From an uncultured Ruminococcus sp. (GTDB taxonomy: Bacteria > Bacillota > Clostridia > Oscillospirales > CAG-382), in contig CAYOGQ010000002.1 in NCBI GenBank assembly GCA_964403645.1, forward strand, positions 1 through 47,264: 47,264 nt of DNA, given 5' to 3'. The position numbers were made by a program, and so were the translations under genes. The notes beneath the pieces were generated by a model. The model saw nothing but the letters and a program-made list of their open reading frames with translations, made no database searches and had not been told where the DNA came from. Positions within the stretch are counted from its first letter, which is position 1; each line of letters starts with the position of its first letter. Of the stretch, positions 42,521 through 47,264 are shown piece by piece.

Positions 42521-42856
42521 ATAATTTATGAAGACGCCCCCGCTTTCAAGGAACCTTCCGTTAAAACGGCAAAGCAGGTGCTTTACCTGCTCGGCGCGAT
42601 CATCATTATCATTTTCAACGGAACAAGTCTTCTGGCGAGCCTTTTGAAAGTTATACCCTTTCACGGCGTCACCGTCGTTTCGCAGATGGCAGCTCAAGTA
42701 TTCGGCGGCAGATTTATGTATTACCTGCTGCAATTCACCACCGCGCTCATACTGCTTTTGGCCGCCAACACCGCGTATAACGGGCTGCCGATTTTGGCTG
42801 GGCAAACACAAAGACGTGGTGACGGTGCTGATGCCGTACCTTTACAGCGCGAATAA
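42521..42856 (+). pseudogene. Internal fragment of an APC-superfamily permease gene
   Basis: The open frame starts right after a TAA with no start codon or RBS. ...QVFGGRFMYYLLQFTTALILLLAANTAYNGLPIL... resembles the TM7-8 region of APC/KimA-type permeases as I recall it. The sequence after LPIL loses similarity. Confidence 0.45.
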
Positions 42857-42925
42857 AAATAAACGCTGTTTAAAGTTATAAATTTTACCAAAATAAATAA
42901 AAATCTGGAAAAATCCATTTTAGAC

Positions 42926-42954
42926 TTGAATTTTTCGGATTTTTATGTTATAAA
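42926..42954 (+). promoter_or_regulatory. Sigma-A type promoter (TTGAAT, 17 nt, TGtTATAAA)
   Basis: -35 at 42926-42931 and -10 at 42949-42954, with a 17-nt spacer ending in TGT. Confidence 0.65.
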
Positions 42955-43012
42955 TAGTTAAGGTTAATAATTAAATTCTAAAAAATACAAGAAAAGAACC
43001 GTCTTTGTCAAG

Positions 43013-43067
43013 AAAGGCTTTTGTATCGCGCCGAAAGGCGCTATGTAAAAGCCTTTTTTATTTTTTT
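43013..43067 (+). terminator. Strong rho-independent terminator inside the L25 leader
   Basis: AAAGGCTTTTGTAT.GCGCC-GAAA-GGCGC.ATGTAAAAGCCTTT, a stem of about 20 bp, followed by TTTTATTTTTTT. Confidence 0.8.
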
Positions 43068-43143
43068 AACCGCCGCCTGCGGCAGGGCTGCGTTATCATC
43101 ATATATAAGCATATAAAAATATATAAATTAAAGGAGAATACAA

Positions 43144-43710
43144 ATGATCACCATTACGGCAAAATTCCGCGACGTAAAAGTCAAAGCGAAAGCCATAAGG
43201 AAAGCGGGTCATGTGCCATGCTCCATATACGGAAGCCGCTTTCCCGAACCGGTGCATATCCAGACGGATCGGCGCGAAGCGGATAACCTTTTAAAGCAAA
43301 AGCACGAAGGCTGCGTCGTCGAAATCGTCCTGGAAGGTGAGGCTGTCCCGGTTTTGATAAAAGATGTCTCGCGTTCGACGCTAAAAAACGAAATCGAGCA
43401 TATCGACTTTCAAGCGCTCGAAACCGACCGCAAAATCAACAGCACGGCAAAAATTTTCCTGAAAAACAGAGAAAATGTCCCGGGATATGTGGTACAGACA
43501 TTGCATGAAATCCCCTATGAGTCGCTGCCAGAAGATATCATTGAAAGCGTAACGATAGACCTCACCGCTCTGCCCGCAGGCGGACGCGTCACGGTCGGCG
43601 ATCTCGGTTTCGGCGAAAACTCCAAAATAAAGCCGCTCGTTTCCCCGGAAAGTATTGTGCTCAGGTTAAAAGAAGCAAAAAAATCGGCTTACGTCACCCG
43701 AACGGAATAG
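43144..43710 (+). CDS. rplY: Ribosomal protein L25 / general stress protein Ctc
   Basis: 188 aa. The N-terminal KAGHVPCSIYG...VLIKDVSRSTLKNEIEHIDFQAL pattern is L25-like, and a Ctc-type C-terminal domain follows. AAGGAG RBS. Confidence 0.85.
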   Translation: MITITAKFRDVKVKAKAIRKAGHVPCSIYGSRFPEPVHIQTDRREADNLLKQKHEGCVVEIVLEGEAVPVLIKDVSRSTLKNEIEHIDFQALETDRKINSTAKIFLKNRENVPGYVVQTLHEIPYESLPEDIIESVTIDLTALPAGGRVTVGDLGFGENSKIKPLVSPESIVLRLKEAKKSAYVTRTE

Positions 43711-43763
43711 TCGAAAGCCGTAGCTGTAATAAGTTTTTCAAATAAACTGAAAGGAGATTTATA

Positions 43764-44573
43764 ATGAATATAATAGGAAAATCAGTGGTTCACGATTCAT
43801 TCGGCAAAGGCGTAGTCGCAGATGTAAGGGAAAATATTATCCTCATCAAATTTACCGAAGGGGAGAAAAAATTTTTGTTCCCCGATTCGTTTTCCCGTTT
43901 TATAACCTTTGAGGATAAGGACGAGCAGAAAAAGGTCAACGCGCTGATACGCCGCAATGAATTCGAGACAATAAAGAAGGACAAGGCGTTCAAGGAAGCG
44001 CACGAAAGGTTGCAAAGGCTGCGCTGTCTGAAAATTTCGCCTAATTCTCAAGGAATTTTCGGGCTTATCGCCAACACCCCGGAAGAAATATTTTCATCCT
44101 GGAATGTCTTTGCCGGAAGGTATCTGAGCGGCTATTCCAAGGGTGAACCGAGGGTGCCGTCGCGCCTCGCGCCCAACTCGATCTGCCTTTTCACCTTACT
44201 GCCGGAAGGCAAAACCGAAAAGGAGCGGAAGATTATCGGGGGCTTTATGGTGCGCGACGACTTTTACGGTGCCGACTGCACAGACGGCGTGATACCGGCG
44301 CACGAAAATTACAGGCTGAAGCTCGCCGAAGGCGAAACTCCGTATTATTGGGATTACTTTGACACCGGCGAAACACCTCCCTCTTGGGGCGGGGTTGAGA
44401 TAAAATACTGCTCGAACACGGTCGTGCGTAAAATACTCCGCGACATTATGCTTTTAACCGAGGAAACGCCGCGCTACGACGACGCAAGCCGGCTTTACCG
44501 TTATTATTGCAAAATAAACCGCCTGGAGGAAGAACCGAAGCCTAAGGTTAAAAAAATCCCCGTGACGAAATAA
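43764..44573 (+). CDS. Hypothetical protein with an N-terminal Tudor/SH3-like module
   Basis: 269 aa. GKSVVHDSFGKGVVADV...ILIKF resembles the small C-terminal beta-module of PcrA/UvrD helicases. The rest is unassigned. AGGAG RBS. Confidence 0.55.
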   Translation: MNIIGKSVVHDSFGKGVVADVRENIILIKFTEGEKKFLFPDSFSRFITFEDKDEQKKVNALIRRNEFETIKKDKAFKEAHERLQRLRCLKISPNSQGIFGLIANTPEEIFSSWNVFAGRYLSGYSKGEPRVPSRLAPNSICLFTLLPEGKTEKERKIIGGFMVRDDFYGADCTDGVIPAHENYRLKLAEGETPYYWDYFDTGETPPSWGGVEIKYCSNTVVRKILRDIMLLTEETPRYDDASRLYRYYCKINRLEEEPKPKVKKIPVTK

Positions 44574-44681
44574 CCACGTCCGGCAGAGTGTAATAACACC
44601 AATCCTGACGGGAATAATATAATAAAGAACCGTCCGCCGCGAGCGGAAAGGCTTTAATGATAATAAAAATTGAGGATTATT

Positions 44682-45248
44682 ATGAAAAGAGCCGTTTCTG
44701 TCGCTTTGAGGGCGGATATCAAAACAGAGGACATACAGAACATCATAAGATGGCTGCGAAACGAAAACGTGGTGCGCTATCTGAACGAAAGCCCCTCCGC
44801 CCCGGACAGCCTTTTAAATCTGCTGGACAACGTCCCGCAGCATATGCTGACATTTCATCTCAACCGGGAGGGGCGGTTTTATCTGGTCTGCGACAAACGC
44901 GGCGTTTCAATCGGCTTTTTGCGCTTCCGCGACCTTCCGCCCGGCGACCGTTACGAAGTCGTGTATGTCATAGGCGAGGAAGGACTTTGGGGGCAGGGTT
45001 TCGGCAAAGCCGCTCTGCGGGAGGGACTTAATCTTTTGTTTTTTGAAAACAGGGCAAAGTCGGTGACGGCAAAAATATACCATGACAATACCCGTTCGTT
45101 ACATACCGCTCTGAGATGCGGTATGCGCGCCAATAAAGCGTCGGACGCCAAAACAAGCTGCGATAAAAACGAGGAAACCAAACCGACGCACGCCATTTTG
45201 GAATATTCCGTGACTTTTGAAGAATATTTGAAAATGAGCATCGCATAA
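44682..45248 (+). CDS. GNAT family N-acetyltransferase
   Basis: The ATG at 44682 follows GAGG. Motif A is LWGQGFGKAAL. About 188 aa. Confidence 0.8.
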   Translation: MKRAVSVALRADIKTEDIQNIIRWLRNENVVRYLNESPSAPDSLLNLLDNVPQHMLTFHLNREGRFYLVCDKRGVSIGFLRFRDLPPGDRYEVVYVIGEEGLWGQGFGKAALREGLNLLFFENRAKSVTAKIYHDNTRSLHTALRCGMRANKASDAKTSCDKNEETKPTHAILEYSVTFEEYLKMSIA

Positions 45249-45275
45249 AAAGCAGCGTGTAAAAAATGTGAGCAT

Positions 45276-45313
45276 AAAACCGCCGTAAAACATTAATGTT
45301 TTACGGCGGTTTT
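45276..45313. terminator. Bidirectional terminator between the GNAT and hsp20 genes
   Basis: Perfect 18-bp palindrome AAAACCGCCGTAAAACAT-TA-ATGTTTTACGGCGGTTTT. Confidence 0.85.
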
Positions 45314-45327
45314 CGTTTAAACAATTA

Positions 45328-45771
45328 TTATTCGATGGAAAGTCTTCTGCTTTCCGGGACCGAAGGAACCTTTTTGGGCAGATTTAACGTCAGCACTCCG
45401 TTTTCATATTTCGCGGCTATTCTTTCTGAATTTATGCCCGAAAGGTCAAACTGACGGCTGTACGCGCCGTACGACCGCTCGCAGCGGATATACTTGCCCT
45501 TTTTGTCCTTTTCCTCGCGTTCCGAGTGGCGTTCCGCCCGGACGGTCATCACGTCGTTGTTGATATCGACGTTGATATCCTCCTTTTTAAAACCGGGGAG
45601 GTCGGCTTCCAGGACAAAAGCGTCGCCCTCGTCTTTGATATCGGTCCTAAACTCACCGAGAACGTTGTTTCCGAAAAACCCATACGGATCGCCGAAAAAG
45701 CGTTTTTCAAATTCGTCGATCCCGCGGAACGGGTTATAGAGCCCCAGCTCGTTTCCTCTTTTGTTTTGCAT
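45328..45771 (-). CDS. Hsp20/alpha-crystallin small heat-shock protein
   Basis: The ATG at 45771 follows GGAGG. The alpha-crystallin core is FVLEADLPGFKKEDINVDINNDVMTVRAER...NGVLTLNLPK. The listed 45921 start adds 50 unlikely residues. Confidence 0.9.
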   Translation of the reverse strand: MQNKRGNELGLYNPFRGIDEFEKRFFGDPYGFFGNNVLGEFRTDIKDEGDAFVLEADLPGFKKEDINVDINNDVMTVRAERHSEREEKDKKGKYIRCERSYGAYSRQFDLSGINSERIAAKYENGVLTLNLPKKVPSVPESRRLSIE

Positions 45772-45914
45772 AATTAATACCTCCAATGTTATATGTATTT
45801 TTTGTTCTTTTTCGGATAATATGTACCGATAATTTATTTTAATCAGCACTTTATCTCCTTGCGTGAACAGTATAGCGGAAATATTTGTATTTTGTGTTAT
45901 GTAAATGTAAACAA

Positions 45915-45941
45915 TTAGCACTCTATTAACTTGTGTGCTAA
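45915..45941 (-). promoter_or_regulatory. CIRCE operator (HrcA binding site)
   Basis: TTAGCACTC-N9-GTGTGCTAA has one mismatch against the consensus TTAGCACTC-N9-GAGTGCTAA. It lies 3 nt downstream of a candidate -10. Confidence 0.8.
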
Positions 45942-45944
45942 TTT

Positions 45945-45974
45945 AATATATGTTTTGCTGTGATTAACTGTCAT
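45945..45974 (-). promoter_or_regulatory. Candidate hsp20 promoter (ATGACA, 18 nt, TATATT)
   Basis: On the minus strand, -35 is at 45974-45969 and -10 at 45950-45945. CIRCE begins 3 nt downstream, the usual arrangement. Confidence 0.5.
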
Positions 45975-46034
45975 GCGGCTCTATCAAGTGCAAATTACCG
46001 GGCAATAAAAAAGCAGTTGACTTTTTTCTTAACG

Positions 46035-46063
46035 TTGACATTTTAAAATGTTTATGGTAATAT
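46035..46063 (+). promoter_or_regulatory. Sigma-A type promoter (TTGACA, 17 nt, TGgTAATAT)
   Basis: -35 at 46035-46040, TG at 46055-46056 and -10 at 46058-46063. Confidence 0.75.
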
Positions 46064-46087
46064 TTTTTAAAAATAAAAGGCGGTGTT

Positions 46088-47264
46088 ATGATGGGTTATT
46101 ATAAAGAATATTTTATCGAACATTATGAAAATCCCCCCGCTTGGGCGTCGCCCGACAACAAGCGGAAAAACCTCCTGCTCGGCGTGCCCGTTTACGGGAT
46201 TTCGTCGGACAGCCCGACGGGAAGTACCTATGAGACCGATTATTATAATACCAAAGAGGACTGCCCGCGGTTGACGGATGGCATAAAATGCGAAAAAGCC
46301 GACAGCGGCGACAGCGCGTTCTTCCATTTCACAAGGGGCGCGGGCAGGTCGGTGTTGTTTAAGCTCGGCGGAGTTTCCGCTGTGGACGAGATTAAAATCG
46401 GCTTCCTCCGCCAGGACAGCACGGGCGTCAAGCTGCCGCGCAGATGCGACGTGCTCATATCCGAAAACGGCGAGGACTGGCAGCGCGTTATAAAAGCGCG
46501 CACTCTCACCTGCCCGGAAGGGGCGCAGCGTTATGAACTGACGCAAAAATTTGAAAACCCATATCGGGCGCTGTATATATTAGCCGAGTTCGAGGTGCCC
46601 TGTCATGTTTGGATCGACGAGATCGAGGCGTTAGGCACCGAAACCATACCCGAAAACGCCGTGGCGGTAAAAGCGGAGACCGAAGCGGAAAAAAAGGAAA
46701 ACTCCATAATGCACATTAACAAATACCCCGAATACGCCGATTTTTTGGGTGTCCGCAACCTGCTTTTATCCTATAACTGCGTCCCGCCGGAAAAAATCGG
46801 CGAAAACGGCTTGGGGCTTATCACGGAAGAGCAATATTTACCCCACCTCGCGTATATCGGCAAGGACGGCAAACCGGCGGATACCTTTTTCGATTCGTTC
46901 CTGTACCTGCCCTATTCGGTTTTTACTTATTCTTATTTATATAAATGCGCCGAAGGCTGGAAGTATTACGTCGATAACGTTTTCGCCGAAGGCAGAAACC
47001 TCGACGCTCTCGACAAAGCCGCGGCGACCGCAGGTCATAAGCTGGGGATAACGGATTATAAAGTCAACGTGTTCTTCTCCATCCTTTGTTCCAAGGTGCG
47101 TTACGGCGAATTACCGGAAAAATTCGGCGACCTCGACGGCGACGGCGTTGACGAGGATATGAACACCCTCCGCGACAGGAAGAAAGCCCTTAAATGGATA
47201 ATCGACGCGCAGTATAACAAATATAAAGAAAGAAACTATAAAAACGTCACCCTCGGCGGCTTCT
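46088..47264 (+). CDS. Cytoplasmic discoidin-like plus DUF4855-type protein; 3' end lies outside the window
   Basis: Not in the ORF track because it has no stop in the window. Hand translation gives MMGYYKEYFIEHYENPP...CPRLTDGIKCE...PCHVWIDEIEALG...NLLLSYNC...FFDSFLYLPY...DLDGDGVDED...LKWIIDAQ...VTLGGF, collinear with the 869-aa lipoprotein core. No signal peptide. AGG RBS 7 nt upstream. Confidence 0.8.
   Translation, partial: MMGYYKEYFIEHYENPPAWASPDNKRKNLLLGVPVYGISSDSPTGSTYETDYYNTKEDCPRLTDGIKCEKADSGDSAFFHFTRGAGRSVLFKLGGVSAVDEIKIGFLRQDSTGVKLPRRCDVLISENGEDWQRVIKARTLTCPEGAQRYELTQKFENPYRALYILAEFEVPCHVWIDEIEALGTETIPENAVAVKAETEAEKKENSIMHINKYPEYADFLGVRNLLLSYNCVPPEKIGENGLGLITEEQYLPHLAYIGKDGKPADTFFDSFLYLPYSVFTYSYLYKCAEGWKYYVDNVFAEGRNLDALDKAAATAGHKLGITDYKVNVFFSILCSKVRYGELPEKFGDLDGDGVDEDMNTLRDRKKALKWIIDAQYNKYKERNYKNVTLGGF

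Noticed and set aside
43005-43286. A 93-aa ORF spanning the leader terminator and the 5' part of the L25 gene.
   Set aside because: It runs through a 20-bp terminator hairpin, is out of frame with a well-supported L25 ORF, and has no RBS.
1-47264. A prophage, ICE, transposon or known defence island.
   Set aside because: I found no integrase, recombinase, transposase, terminal inverted repeats, att-like tRNA flank, restriction-modification, Cas, reverse transcriptase or other defence hallmark in any frame. The compositional patches (3.6-6.5, 9.4-11.3 and 41.7-43.1 kb) are reported as rearrangement scars instead.

Overview
The window looks like chromosomal DNA from a Gram-positive anaerobe, probably Clostridia. 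This is inferred from the GGAGG ribosome-binding sites, many TTGACA-17 nt-TGnTATAAT promoters, a Cys4-type AbrB, a Spo0A_C-like mini-protein and a rubredoxin. I saw no rRNA, tRNA, CRISPR array, integrase or transposase.

Most genes are ordinary housekeeping or accessory metabolism:
- three M42 peptidases and one M55 peptidase
- a YnbB-type PLP enzyme, a HAD-IIA phosphatase and thiamine diphosphokinase
- an aquaporin and FeoA
- a TetR regulator with a divergent MMPL transporter
- L25/Ctc, a GNAT and a CIRCE-controlled Hsp20

The less ordinary content:
1. A minus-strand surface locus (16.1-24.3 kb) has two recently duplicated solute-binding lipoproteins, a DUF4855/discoidin lipoprotein and a wall-anchored discoidin protein. 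No ABC permease or ATPase gene occurs anywhere in the window. A third orphan solute-binding protein (SBP) lies at 11.3-12.8 kb, and a cytoplasmic DUF4855 paralogue sits at the 3' edge.
2. An AT-rich ECF-type sigma factor carries a roughly 350-aa C-terminal extension. It is bracketed by 46-bp direct repeats of the neighbouring SBP gene's 3' end. Relic pieces of a second copy lie 3 kb away.
3. A UvrA paralogue lacking the UvrB-binding domain is translationally coupled to a serine hydrolase.
4. A roughly 250-nt leader precedes a P-type ATPase.
5. Two related heptanucleotide arrays, (GGWTAAC)n, lie in intergenic regions.
6. A rubredoxin gene is missing from the ORF track.
7. A YqeK-like HD gene is frameshifted.
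8. A promoter-plus-terminator unit lies upstream of the L25 gene.

All functional calls come from motif recognition by eye. No database search was run.
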